Below are positions 1 to 9,882 of a DNA stretch of 63,917 nt, piece by piece (position 1 is the stretch's first letter; every line of letters starts with the position of its first letter). Below the pieces are notes generated by a model. It ran no database searches. It had not been told where the DNA came from and saw nothing but the letters and a program-made list of their open reading frames with translations. The DNA is taken from IMG/VR virus record IMGVR_UViG_3300022929_002740, positions 1 through 63,917 of that record. One strand, written 5' to 3'. The DNA comes from a virus (Duplodnaviria; Caudoviricetes). The translations under genes and the position numbers were made by a program.

Positions 1-778
1 CATGACTTGTACTTACATTTCCCGTTACAAGTATTGTATTAGGATATCCTCCACTGCCACCATTTGATCCAATGTTAACACTACTACCTCTGAGGTATGT
101 TGTACTAGAACCTTGAATAATACTATTACTACTTCCATCAGTTTTTACTTGAAGTGTGTCTGAGCCAAAACTAATTTTCGTAGCATTGTCTAATAGAATA
201 TTGTTTCCGTTTGCATCTAAATCACCACCTAACTGCGGAGTAGTATCTTGTACGACACTTGTAAATGTTTCGCTAGTTAAGTATCCACTTAGATCCGGAG
301 GTGTATATGTAAACACGCCAGTTGAATTATTGTATGCAATTGCACCAGTACCGCTTGCACTTGCAGGAGTGCCTACACTAATATCTGTTAGTGCGATATG
401 ATCTGTAGGTGTGCCGCTGATATCAGCATACGCAATACCTGTGATACTTTTGTTAACAACAAATTTATCAGTTCCGCTGTTGTATGTAAATGTAGCATTA
501 GCGCCATCGATTGTCAAGCCTGCGCCGTTAGCTGCTGATGCATTTGCGGCTCCGTCGGCTAGTGTTAAATTTAAATCATTGATATTTACAGTTGTACTGT
601 TAATAGATGTTTGTGTTCCGTCAACTTGTAAGTCACCTGCAATAACAACTGTACCTGTGTTATCTCCAACTGCCGACGGATCAATTACAAAACTAGCAGG
701 ACCTGCTAAGTAGCCGCCTACAGTAATATGTCCTGCCATTTGAGTATTATTTTTTACTATAAAATCTTTAACTGCCAT
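1..778 (-). CDS. Tail fibre-like virion structural protein (partial, runs off the left edge)
   Basis: Not in the ORF track. Hand translation from ATG 778 gives MAVKDFIVKNNTQMAGHITVGG...GDLQVDGTQTSINSTTVNINDLNLTLADGA..., Gly/Thr/Asn-rich. It shares GVFTYTPPD and DTTPQLGGDLD modules with 6094..7491. Confidence 0.75.
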   Translation of the reverse strand, partial: MAVKDFIVKNNTQMAGHITVGGYLAGPASFVIDPSAVGDNTGTVVIAGDLQVDGTQTSINSTTVNINDLNLTLADGAANASAANGAGLTIDGANATFTYNSGTDKFVVNKSITGIAYADISGTPTDHIALTDISVGTPASASGTGAIAYNNSTGVFTYTPPDLSGYLTSETFTSVVQDTTPQLGGDLDANGNNILLDNATKISFGSDTLQVKTDGSSNSIIQGSSTTYLRGSSVNIGSNGGSGGYPNTILVTGNVSTSH

Positions 779-782
779 ACTA

Positions 783-3700
783 TTATACCAATGTGCTTAT
801 TCTTGTAATTTTGTACTGTGTGCTATTTGCACTAGCACCAGTTGCTAGTAATCTAACATTTCCACTGTTTATATCTGCATCAAATGTAACTAATTCGGCA
901 CTGCCTGTAAACATAACACCATATGTGGTCACGTATGCAGTTGTTCCGTCATGTATCAATAACACTTCAACTACTTGATATTCGCTGCTCACTGTATCAG
1001 TTGCTTGTACTGTGTATTTGCAACTTCTAAATTTTGTTGTTGCGAAAGTATCTATTGCAGACTGTGTGGTTGTTGACAACGAAGTGCTTGCTGTTTCTAA
1101 GTTGCTCACTCCGTCTATTCTAATTGCACCATCTACATGCAATGTTTCTAATGGTGTTGCTATACCAACACCAACTCTGTCGTTTGCTTTATCTACTACA
1201 AGTGTGTCAGTATCTACTGTTAGATCACCTGTTACAATTAAGTCGTTGCCAATTGTTACATCATTGGGTAAACCAACTGTGATTGTTTGACCGCTTGCAC
1301 TAGTTTCTATTTCGTTTGTTGTGCCAGCTATTGTTAAACTTTGGCTATCTAAATCTATTGCACCTGTGCCAGTGTCGCCTGCTACATCTAAGTCTTGTGC
1401 AGTAAGTTGTGCATCAACATACTGTTTTGTTGCAGCATGTAAGTTTGCTGTAGGATCACTTGCTAGTGTGAGTGTTCCGGTGAGTGTAACATTTCCACTA
1501 CTGTCTACAGTGATTTCATCGTGATTGTCAATACCCAATGCCGCTAGACTAAACACACTTACATCAGTAGTAAATGCATATACTCTTATTTCATCATTTA
1601 ATAGAGGAGCAACACCAAATGTAATATTACCATTTGCGGCAATGCTATAATCAGCAGCATCTAATAATACACCATTGATATATATTTGCGCATCGCTAAT
1701 TGCTGTGTTACTAGTAACAAATGTTGTTTGACTGCCTGTACCTGTAAAACTGTGTAGTGTGTATGCACTGTTAGATACTGCATCAATCTTTATTACATTG
1801 TTAGTAGTATCAACATCAATATCAACATTTGTGCCTCCTAAAAATGTAAGAGAATCACTGTCTGATACAGCATTCAAACTACCTGTTTGTGAAAATGAAT
1901 ATCCGCTGTTTGTATCTGTAACGTTAATAGTAGCAAATTTATTAACACTTAATGCGGCTGTACTTGCTGCTGTAATACGTCCTTGTTGATCAACAGTAAT
2001 AACAGGAATAGCAGTTGTACTACCATACGCACCCGGAGTAACAGCGGTATTGTCTAATGCAATAGCAACTTGATTATTAGTTACTGTACTGGTTAGTCCA
2101 GTGCCGCCTATAATTGTAAATGTATCATTTTCAACATCAATAGCATCAGTACCACTATCGCCGGCGATGTTTAATGTTCCACCGCCGCCAATAGCACCCC
2201 ATGCTGTTCCGTCATATCCTTCAAAACTACTATCGGTTGTGTTGAAACGTAATTGTCCAGTAGCCGCTGTAGGTCTTTGTGCAGTTGTACCCACAGGAAC
2301 TCTGATACTACTGTTTGTATCAATTACTAAGTCGTTGCCATCAAATGTTAAATTAGCACTATCTTCTAGCTCGCCAGCAGTGCCAGCAATTACTATTCTG
2401 TTATCAGTAAGGTCACTAACCTTAACACTGTTCATAGTTACATTACCGCTAGTGTCAACAACAATAAATCCGTGATTTGCTAATCCTAAACTAGGAAGCG
2501 TAAGTGCGTTTACTTCGCCTGTAACAACAACATCAATTTGATCATTAAGCAATGGAGCTGTCACAAACGTAACAACACCGTTACTTTCCGTGTAGTCATT
2601 GGTTGGCTGAATTAATACACCATTCAAGAATACCATGCTAACAGTGCCTTGTCCGGCTTGTGTATCAAATGCTGTTTGACTTCCTGTTCCAGTAAAGTTT
2701 ACTGTGATAAAACTTGCGTCTGCGCCTGGTGTTGTACTGATCCATTCACTACCTGTATATACATACAGTTCACCAGTAGTTCCTGTATCAAACCAAAGAT
2801 CTCCTGCTGTTACACCAATACTAGGAGCAGTGGTTTGATAGTAAACAGCGGAGCCACCTCCGCCGCCTCCGCCACTAACAGTTTGGAATGTTAAGTTTCC
2901 ACTACCATCTAGTGCTAGTACTTGTCCTGTTGTACCTCTAGCAGTTGGAAATTTGTAGTATGTACTACCAGCTAGATCACCTATTGTTAAAATGCCAGTG
3001 TTGTCAACACTTATACGTTCTGTTCCAGCAGTGGTAAATCTAATAAAATCTTCGTCGCTGTTTGTTTCTACTTTAACATGTGTGTCGCCGTCAGCGTCTT
3101 CAATTTTATCGCTGAATCCTGATCCACCACCGCCACCGGAGTTAGCTACCCATGCATAATCTGTTCCGTCCCAACTTAATACTTCATTTGTACTAGCAGT
3201 GCTAGTATTAAGATGTGTATCAACGTCTGAATCACCATATTGCGCTACACCTGTAATTGTAATTTCATCAGTTGCAGCATTGGTTGTTATTGTAATGCCT
3301 GTTCCAGCTACAAATGTAAGTGTGTCTGTTGGATCGTCTGCAACTACATCACTTTGACCGCTGACACTGATTGTTTTAAATGCTTCGTTGACTGTGCCAG
3401 TTCCGCTGCCTACATCTATCCATCCACTACCGTTATAAATTTCTGCTTTACCACTTGTACTGTTAAAACGTAGCATACCAGTTTGTGCAGTTGGACGTTG
3501 CGCAGTTGTACCGGTTGGTATAACAATAGCATCTGTAGTTGATACTTTGAATATACTTCCATCAAAAGTAAAGTTACTGTCGTCTTCAAGTTCGCCGTTT
3601 GTGCCTGCTACAACAATTCTGTTGTCAGTTAGATCACTCACTGCCATACTAGGTACAACTAAACTACCACTAAGTGTGATTGTAATAGCACCTGTAGTTG

Positions 3701-4409
3701 TGTCTACTACTAATATATCATTATTAGCATCATCCTTAACACTCAGTGCATCTGCTAGATTAGTAGGAACAACTATTTCATTTTCGCCTGTTGCACCTTT
3801 AAAGTTTATGCTTTCAGTTAGATATAGATCTTTCCAAGACTTTGTTGCACTGCCTAAATCGTAACTGTCATTTATGTTTGGAATTAGATCGCTGTTGATA
3901 TCTGCATTGATATTGATGTTATCTGTATCGTCGTCACCTAAATTAATGGTGCCGCCCACAGTAACATTTCCAGTAACATTTATGTTGCCGCCTACATTTA
4001 AATCTTTAACAATGCCTACGCCGCCTGCAATTGTTAGTGCGCCATCATTGAATGTGGTGCTTTGTGTTGCAGTAGAAATAGCAACAATACCTGTGTCACT
4101 GATTGTTATTCTTTCAGAACCTGCTGTAAAAAATCTTAGTACATCATCGTCAGCTGACTGTTCAGCATCAATGAACGTATCACCATCAGTATCACTAACG
4201 CCACCTATGTTTTTCCAAGCAGTGCCGTTGTAACCTTCAAATTCATTTAGTTGTGTATTGAATCGTATTTGCCCAGTTTGTACTACACCACCTTGTGGTC
4301 TCTGGGAAGTGTTACCCACTGGTATACGCAAACTGCCAGCAGTATTGATAGTTATGTTACCAGTACTAGTGGTAATCCTATCTCTTTGATGATCTAAATT
4401 CAACGCCAT
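783..4409 (-). CDS. Large modular fibre/virion structural protein (1208 aa)
   Basis: Repeated IPxGxTxQRP...GxxRFN...YxGxxW, DxDGDT...RFxTAGxER and FTGTGSQT...NGVL...APLLND modules separated by poly-Gly linkers, typical of fibre proteins of aquatic T4-like phages. Confidence 0.75.
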   Translation of the reverse strand: MALNLDHQRDRITTSTGNITINTAGSLRIPVGNTSQRPQGGVVQTGQIRFNTQLNEFEGYNGTAWKNIGGVSDTDGDTFIDAEQSADDDVLRFFTAGSERITISDTGIVAISTATQSTTFNDGALTIAGGVGIVKDLNVGGNINVTGNVTVGGTINLGDDDTDNININADINSDLIPNINDSYDLGSATKSWKDLYLTESINFKGATGENEIVVPTNLADALSVKDDANNDILVVDTTTGAITITLSGSLVVPSMAVSDLTDNRIVVAGTNGELEDDSNFTFDGSIFKVSTTDAIVIPTGTTAQRPTAQTGMLRFNSTSGKAEIYNGSGWIDVGSGTGTVNEAFKTISVSGQSDVVADDPTDTLTFVAGTGITITTNAATDEITITGVAQYGDSDVDTHLNTSTASTNEVLSWDGTDYAWVANSGGGGGSGFSDKIEDADGDTHVKVETNSDEDFIRFTTAGTERISVDNTGILTIGDLAGSTYYKFPTARGTTGQVLALDGSGNLTFQTVSGGGGGGGSAVYYQTTAPSIGVTAGDLWFDTGTTGELYVYTGSEWISTTPGADASFITVNFTGTGSQTAFDTQAGQGTVSMVFLNGVLIQPTNDYTESNGVVTFVTAPLLNDQIDVVVTGEVNALTLPSLGLANHGFIVVDTSGNVTMNSVKVSDLTDNRIVIAGTAGELEDSANLTFDGNDLVIDTNSSIRVPVGTTAQRPTAATGQLRFNTTDSSFEGYDGTAWGAIGGGGTLNIAGDSGTDAIDVENDTFTIIGGTGLTSTVTNNQVAIALDNTAVTPGAYGSTTAIPVITVDQQGRITAASTAALSVNKFATINVTDTNSGYSFSQTGSLNAVSDSDSLTFLGGTNVDIDVDTTNNVIKIDAVSNSAYTLHSFTGTGSQTTFVTSNTAISDAQIYINGVLLDAADYSIAANGNITFGVAPLLNDEIRVYAFTTDVSVFSLAALGIDNHDEITVDSSGNVTLTGTLTLASDPTANLHAATKQYVDAQLTAQDLDVAGDTGTGAIDLDSQSLTIAGTTNEIETSASGQTITVGLPNDVTIGNDLIVTGDLTVDTDTLVVDKANDRVGVGIATPLETLHVDGAIRIDGVSNLETASTSLSTTTQSAIDTFATTKFRSCKYTVQATDTVSSEYQVVEVLLIHDGTTAYVTTYGVMFTGSAELVTFDADINSGNVRLLATGASANSTQYKITRISTLV

Positions 4410-4432
4410 ATATGTCTCTCACTTATTACATA

Positions 4433-4440
4433 TATTTAGC
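4433..4440 (-). promoter_or_regulatory. Possible late promoter (GCTAAATA)
   Basis: TAAATA core 24 nt upstream of the 4409 start, in a short intergenic gap. Confidence 0.4.
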
Positions 4441-4449
4441 TGTGAACTA

Positions 4450-6084
4450 CTATGGATTCTGAATTCTAAACTTATATTGTCCTGGAAACGGACTATACAA
4501 ATAACGGTCAGGTGCACCTTGAAGATACCTACCATCTGAGGCCGAACTTCTATAATTTGAATTTGCAATAGTCCATGTTGAATAATTTGGATCTTCTCTA
4601 AGTTTACCCGACTGTGCTTGATTATGTAGGAAAGTTTTTAGCTGTGCAGGAGTCATGTGTGGGTTAACTTGTAATACTAATGCACCTATACCACATACTT
4701 GCGGACTTGCCATACTTGTTCCACTTTTACTGCCAATTTTAAAATTAGCATCACTTGGATAATCACCGTCTGCACCTTCGTTGGTTGTACTCATAGTGCT
4801 TATAATATTATCTCCAGGTGCGTATATATCAACACCCGGGCCACTATTGGAATACGAAGCTCTTTGTTCTAGATTACCAGTAGAATTAACAACATCATCT
4901 ACAGATCCTACCATAAATGCATTTGTACTAAATGGACTGCTTCCTCGACAGTAGTAGATATAACCACCCGGAGTTCCGTATGGATTAACTCTATATCTAT
5001 TATTATAATCAGGACCTCCGTCGACATCAATTGGTAAATTTCTATTACCTGCCGCTATGCACACATGGACACCTGCTGCAATTAATTCTTCTACATCAGT
5101 ATCAACACTAGTATATCTAGGATTTGTTCTCCTAACAGATTGACTGGTATATGCATTCCACAATGGCAGCCCGGTTCTTTGTTGCATTAGTAAAGAACCT
5201 GAAAAACTATTAGCAACACCTGTATTATTATTGTCGTATGTCCACTGTGTTCCTCTATAGTATCCATCATATGGCTCAAAGCTATTATCTACATAATATC
5301 CCCAACTCATATTAACTATTGTAGGACGCTTGTATCCTGTTGCAGGATCAACTGGTTTGTTTTGATGCCAAATTTTTATTGCATCAAATGCATATGTAGA
5401 ACTAATACCTGTTCCACTATCGCCGCTACCTTCAAGCCCACCGAGTTTTTGACTGTATATACGAGCATTTTTAGCCCATCCATATGTAAGACTTGCAGCA
5501 GTTCCTGCACAATGTGTGCCATGTCCATGATAATCTCTATCGTGATTAGCACTTTGTGTAAAACTTAAACCACTTTCAGTTGCCCAGTTAATAGATGTTA
5601 CTCTGCTGTTTCCATCTGCATCGTTGAAATCAGGATGATCAGCTTGAATACCACTATCTTGTATTACTATGTCAACTCCAGTTCCGTCTAAGTTATATTC
5701 ATAATCTCCGCTAACAGTTGTTCCTGCTCCATAATCATTGGTGGTTCTTGAACATCTATGTATTGCCCACGGAAGGTGAGATCCACTACTGCTACTAGTT
5801 TTGGTAAAATCTCCCGACTGAACTGCATAAAGTTCCATTCCAGAATCTGGTATATCATCTGGCGGAACTTCTACATCTAATACTCTATTGTCATTTTTTA
5901 ATGCTTCAGCTTCTTCTGCTGTTAAACTATAATGTGTATTACGCACTGATCCTGGTCTTGGATTTGCAATATCAACACTGCGAGAAGGTATAGACGAATC
6001 TCCAGAATTTTGTGTCATTTCTGCTTGAAAACTACTAGGGTCTGCATCTACTGTTAGTGTAACAATATATTCTTTTTCACTCAT
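4450..6084 (-). CDS. Subtilisin-like serine protease (peptidase S8) with N-terminal prodomain
   Basis: Catalytic motifs DSG, HGTHCAG and GTSMASP in order, oxyanion AAGN, and an I9-like prodomain (EYIVTL...LTAEEAEALKNDNRV). Confidence 0.93.
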   Translation of the reverse strand: MSEKEYIVTLTVDADPSSFQAEMTQNSGDSSIPSRSVDIANPRPGSVRNTHYSLTAEEAEALKNDNRVLDVEVPPDDIPDSGMELYAVQSGDFTKTSSSSGSHLPWAIHRCSRTTNDYGAGTTVSGDYEYNLDGTGVDIVIQDSGIQADHPDFNDADGNSRVTSINWATESGLSFTQSANHDRDYHGHGTHCAGTAASLTYGWAKNARIYSQKLGGLEGSGDSGTGISSTYAFDAIKIWHQNKPVDPATGYKRPTIVNMSWGYYVDNSFEPYDGYYRGTQWTYDNNNTGVANSFSGSLLMQQRTGLPLWNAYTSQSVRRTNPRYTSVDTDVEELIAAGVHVCIAAGNRNLPIDVDGGPDYNNRYRVNPYGTPGGYIYYCRGSSPFSTNAFMVGSVDDVVNSTGNLEQRASYSNSGPGVDIYAPGDNIISTMSTTNEGADGDYPSDANFKIGSKSGTSMASPQVCGIGALVLQVNPHMTPAQLKTFLHNQAQSGKLREDPNYSTWTIANSNYRSSASDGRYLQGAPDRYLYSPFPGQYKFRIQNP

Positions 6085-6093
6085 TGCAAATCC

Positions 6094-7491
6094 TTAAACA
6101 ATATTAATTGTATTACCCATACCCGAATGTATGGTGCATTGATAATACAATGTCGACGGAGCACTCATAGGCACTTTGAATACAATGTTTCCACTCGAAG
6201 CACTATTGTTAGTCACTCCGGTGTTATATGCCGCTCCACCGGCACTTTGTCTAATTTCAAAAGGATGCCCGCCGCCTGAATTGTTTACAAATATATACTG
6301 TTCACCTCTGCGAAGATATAATACTGGGTCATTTTCAGTAGTCGGAAACCATATGTTTCCTGCATCTGAGAATGTATAATCTGTAGATCCGTTTGATCCT
6401 ATCGTAAATGTATGTGCAATTGTTTTACCATTTACATCTAAGTCACCACCAAGTTGTGGAGTTGTATCTGCTGCTACACTTGCAATGCCACTGCCACTAA
6501 TGTTAGTTAACTGTGATCCATCTACAGCTGGTAATTTTGCTGTTCCGTCTAGCTGTACAATTTTGTTTGCTGTTGTGCCTACGTCAACTGCTAGTGTTTG
6601 TGTATGATCACCTGTTGTTGTATCTTGTGTTCCTGTTAAACCTGTACCTGCTGTAATATTAACTCTTGTGATATCTCCACTAGCGCCGCTACTACCTGCG
6701 GTTGCCACCCAAGCATTGTTTTCATAACTTTCCAATTGATTAGTTGTAGTATTATAAATCATATCTCCATTTGCAGGACTAGAAATAGCATTACGAGTAG
6801 TTGTTGTAAAACTTGCTAATCTAAATGGAGTATCTGTAACTAGTACACGATTTGTTGCGTCTAGTTCTATATTTGCTCCAGCACTGATAGTTGTACTACC
6901 TGATCCTGTTACATTTAAATTTGTTGCTGTAATATTGGGAACAGTTAGTGTATTAGTAGTACTGTTATACGTAAAATCACTGTCGCCTCCAAATGCACCT
7001 GCATTATTAAATTGTACTTGAGTTGTACTGCCTCCTGGTGTGCCTCCGCCACCTGTCTGTGCTACCCATGCATAATCACTTCCGTTCCAACTTAGTACAT
7101 AACCACTGGTTGGATTTGACTGATTTAAATGTGTATCAACGGAGCTGTTTATATCCGGAGGTGTGTATGTAAAAACTCCTGAACTGTTATCATAAGAAAT
7201 AGCGCCATCACCACTTGCTGATCCTTCACTACCAACACTCAAGTCAGTTAACGAAATGCCACCACTTCCTGCAGCATCATTTTGGGGTATCCAATTACTA
7301 CCATTCCATTTTAACACTTGTCCAGTTGAAGGAGCATTTGTAGTTGTATCGACATCTGATAGTGTATCTATACTTCCGATACTAGCTCCACTAAATTGTG
7401 AATTAGCCCAAGACTGAGTGGCAACTAAATTACCAAACATGTTGATGTTTCCGGAAACATCTAGATCGTTATTAAATTTTGTTTCACTCAT
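6094..7491 (-). CDS. Virion structural protein with C-terminal cupredoxin-like domain
   Basis: Fibre-like modules (GQVLKWNG, GTGLTG, DTTPQLGGDLD). The C-terminus reads GHPF...LYYQCTIHSGMG. Confidence 0.7.
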   Translation of the reverse strand: MSETKFNNDLDVSGNINMFGNLVATQSWANSQFSGASIGSIDTLSDVDTTTNAPSTGQVLKWNGSNWIPQNDAAGSGGISLTDLSVGSEGSASGDGAISYDNSSGVFTYTPPDINSSVDTHLNQSNPTSGYVLSWNGSDYAWVAQTGGGGTPGGSTTQVQFNNAGAFGGDSDFTYNSTTNTLTVPNITATNLNVTGSGSTTISAGANIELDATNRVLVTDTPFRLASFTTTTRNAISSPANGDMIYNTTTNQLESYENNAWVATAGSSGASGDITRVNITAGTGLTGTQDTTTGDHTQTLAVDVGTTANKIVQLDGTAKLPAVDGSQLTNISGSGIASVAADTTPQLGGDLDVNGKTIAHTFTIGSNGSTDYTFSDAGNIWFPTTENDPVLYLRRGEQYIFVNNSGGGHPFEIRQSAGGAAYNTGVTNNSASSGNIVFKVPMSAPSTLYYQCTIHSGMGNTINIV

Positions 7492-7508
7492 TTTTTTTCC
7501 TATTTAAA

Positions 7509-8606
7509 TTAAGCTCTGTCTATAAACCAAAAATGGTTGACTGCATTGCTTACTAAAATTACACCAACACCAGTGATAGCACTACCTGTATTGTTAGTGT
7601 ATGTAGCATAAGCACTTGGACTGTAGTTGTTGTTGATCAATCTATCATTGTTATCGCCGTTACGATATAAAACAGTACCAACACTGTTACCAGATAAATC
7701 TCCTAAGAGCTTGATCACCGCAGTATCTCCGGGATTCAGTGTTTGTGATCCGTTACCACTGTAAATGATTTCGCTTCCGCCACCACCAGCACTTGCTACT
7801 GCGGTATCCACATATGCTTTGGTTGCTGCATGAAGATTACTACTAGGGGCACCGCTTAGTGTTAATGTGCCAGTCATAGTCCCGCCTGATAAATTTAGTT
7901 TGTTATTTGTTAAGTTTGTTACATTTGTATTTGTTGTAGCTAAGTCTGAAGTAAGATTAGTAACATTAGTATTTGTTGTAGCTAAGTCTGAAGTAAGATT
8001 AGTAACATTTGTATTTGTTGTAGTTAAGTCTGAAGTAAGATTAGTAACATTTGTATTTGTTGTAGTTAAGTCTGACTGATTGGCCATTTCAATCCATGCA
8101 CCTGCATGAGCAAAATAACCTTTTCCGGTAGCATGAACATGAGCAAACATACCATGATATGTGCTTGCACTTGGTAAATCTGATAAACCAGAATAAACAT
8201 TCGCAAATAGCACTTTGTTTCCATTGCCATCAATATCACCCGACATTGTACCACCTGCTAGTGGTAGCTTATTTGCTATACTATTTGTTGTTGTAGTTGC
8301 GAAATTAGGATCGTCGCCTAATGCAGCCGCTAGCTCATTTAGTGTATCTAATGTACTAGGAGCACTGTCTACTAGAGCTGCTACTTCGTCTGTAACATTT
8401 TGATCTGATGCTAATGATCTCCATGTGCCATTTTCGTAAACTTCGAATTGATTTATAGTGGAGTTATAAATCATATCTCCATTGCTAGCAGTTAATGCAT
8501 TTCTCTGTGCGGTGGTTAAATTTGCTAATCTTAAACTAGTGTCTTGAACTTCTACTGTGCTAGTAGCATCAAATTTAATCTTATCTGCTGATCTTATTAC
8601 TGTCAT
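7509..8606 (-). CDS. Fibre-like structural protein with coiled-coil repeat
   Basis: APSTLDTLNELAAALGDDPNFATT tail-fibre motif, LxGGTMxG repeats, HAATKAYVD, and a 14-aa tandem repeat. Confidence 0.75.
   Translation of the reverse strand: MTVIRSADKIKFDATSTVEVQDTSLRLANLTTAQRNALTASNGDMIYNSTINQFEVYENGTWRSLASDQNVTDEVAALVDSAPSTLDTLNELAAALGDDPNFATTTTNSIANKLPLAGGTMSGDIDGNGNKVLFANVYSGLSDLPSASTYHGMFAHVHATGKGYFAHAGAWIEMANQSDLTTTNTNVTNLTSDLTTTNTNVTNLTSDLATTNTNVTNLTSDLATTNTNVTNLTNNKLNLSGGTMTGTLTLSGAPSSNLHAATKAYVDTAVASAGGGGSEIIYSGNGSQTLNPGDTAVIKLLGDLSGNSVGTVLYRNGDNNDRLINNNYSPSAYATYTNNTGSAITGVGVILVSNAVNHFWFIDRA
7908..8075 (-). repeat. 42-bp tandem repeat, about 4 copies (SDL[T/A]TTNTNVTNLT)
   Basis: Near-identical 42-nt units are directly visible and in frame; each encodes two heptads. 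Confidence 0.93.
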
Positions 8607-8627
8607 TGAATAAACTCCTGATATACA

Positions 8628-8635
8628 TATTTATA
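8628..8635 (-). promoter_or_regulatory. T4-type late promoter TATAAATA
   Basis: Exact T4 gp55 consensus 22 nt upstream of the 8606 start, just after the capsid terminator. Confidence 0.75.
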
Positions 8636-8647
8636 AACACTAGTCAT

Positions 8648-8674
8648 AAAAACAGGGGCCGTAGCCCCTGTTTT
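8648..8674 (-). terminator. Rho-independent terminator of the major capsid gene
   Basis: AAAACAGGGGC-TACG-GCCCCTGTTTTT: perfect stem, cUACGg tetraloop and U-tract. It may be bidirectional. Confidence 0.9.
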
Positions 8675-8698
8675 CTTGTTTAGTAAAACAATTACATA

Positions 8699-9871
8699 TT
8701 ATGTAAATGCAAGTTGACCTGTTGTTACAGCAATTTTTGCTAGGTAGTCAGCAGCATTACCAAGCGAGCTTGCTTGGTTGCTTAGTTCTACATAACCATA
8801 ACGTGTCATGAAGCTAACTACTGGCTCAAATGTACTTGGGTCAAGTACTGTACCGCTTGACATCAGTGGGATGTATGGGCAGTAGAACGCCGCTGCGTCT
8901 GTTTCTGTTGAACCTTTGTAACCAACTAGAACATCGTCGTTAGCTGCATACTGGTTTACATAAACACGCATTGTGCCGTTTAGAGTACCTACAAACTTTG
9001 TGTTTGTTGGTGCTTCAAAAGTACCTTCTGTGCTACGTGCGAATGCTGAAGTTGTAGCACTCTGTAGTACTGTTAGTACTGTTGGGCTAACAACTGCCCA
9101 GTTACCTGCACCACGACGTGTGCGGGCTGCGATTGTGTTCGCATTTTTGTTGATTAGAACTGCAAGAGCTGCATGCTCGTCACCAACAAATGTTGCTGTA
9201 CCACTTACGCTACCTTGTGCGTATGTGTCTGATGCTGCACCAGCAAGACTTGTTAGGCTTGCAATGATTTCTTGATCAATTTCAGCAGTAATTTCTTGTG
9301 CAAGTGCTTGCATAATTTCTGCTTCAACGTCAAGACCATGCATGCTTTGTGCGTCTTGTGCTGCTTCAAATGTCCAACGTGCTGATAGCTTACGTGATTT
9401 AGCTTCAACAGTTTGCTTTAGAACTTGAATGCTTAGTTTCTTACCAGCTTCACCTTCTAATGCGCTTGTTGCAGCCGCTTTATCGTCTACTGCACCTGAA
9501 TAACCAGCTGCGATTTTGAATGGGCTTAGTGCCTCATCGCCTGCTGCTGTATCAATACCACTTGTTGAGTTAAATGCTTCTGCATAACGTACACGTAGTG
9601 TGTGGATTTGTCCAACTGGGCCTGTCATAGGCTGAACACCAACGATTTCGTTGGCGATAACAGTTGGCATAACACGTCTAATCACTGGAAGAATTACTTT
9701 ATTAAGTGTTGCTACGTTTCCTGCTTGAGTTGCACCAGTAGAAGCTGCCTCTGCGAGATAGTTCTTAGTGTTTTCAAGTGTTGTTTCCATCACTTTTTTC
9801 TTAGTCCCAGTTAGACCGTCTGTTAGAGCTACTTTAGTTTCGCTCCAATTTTCCATTAGGTTGTCTGCCAT
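8699..9871 (-). CDS. gp23: Major capsid protein (T4 gp23-like)
   Basis: GVQPMTGP, VEAKSRKL, EITAEIDQE, FYCPYIPL and F.P...MTRYG motifs. Confidence 0.97.
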   Translation of the reverse strand: MADNLMENWSETKVALTDGLTGTKKKVMETTLENTKNYLAEAASTGATQAGNVATLNKVILPVIRRVMPTVIANEIVGVQPMTGPVGQIHTLRVRYAEAFNSTSGIDTAAGDEALSPFKIAAGYSGAVDDKAAATSALEGEAGKKLSIQVLKQTVEAKSRKLSARWTFEAAQDAQSMHGLDVEAEIMQALAQEITAEIDQEIIASLTSLAGAASDTYAQGSVSGTATFVGDEHAALAVLINKNANTIAARTRRGAGNWAVVSPTVLTVLQSATTSAFARSTEGTFEAPTNTKFVGTLNGTMRVYVNQYAANDDVLVGYKGSTETDAAAFYCPYIPLMSSGTVLDPSTFEPVVSFMTRYGYVELSNQASSLGNAADYLAKIAVTTGQLAFT

Positions 9872-9882
9872 TTTCGGTCTCC

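Noticed and set aside
156-3864. Many plus-strand ORFs opposite the fibre genes, and similar antisense ORFs across the window
   Set aside because: They are shadows of codon bias on the coding strand, with no RBS or recognisable motifs.
7908-8075. 42-bp repeat as a CRISPR array
   Set aside because: There are no spacers; it is an in-frame coding repeat.
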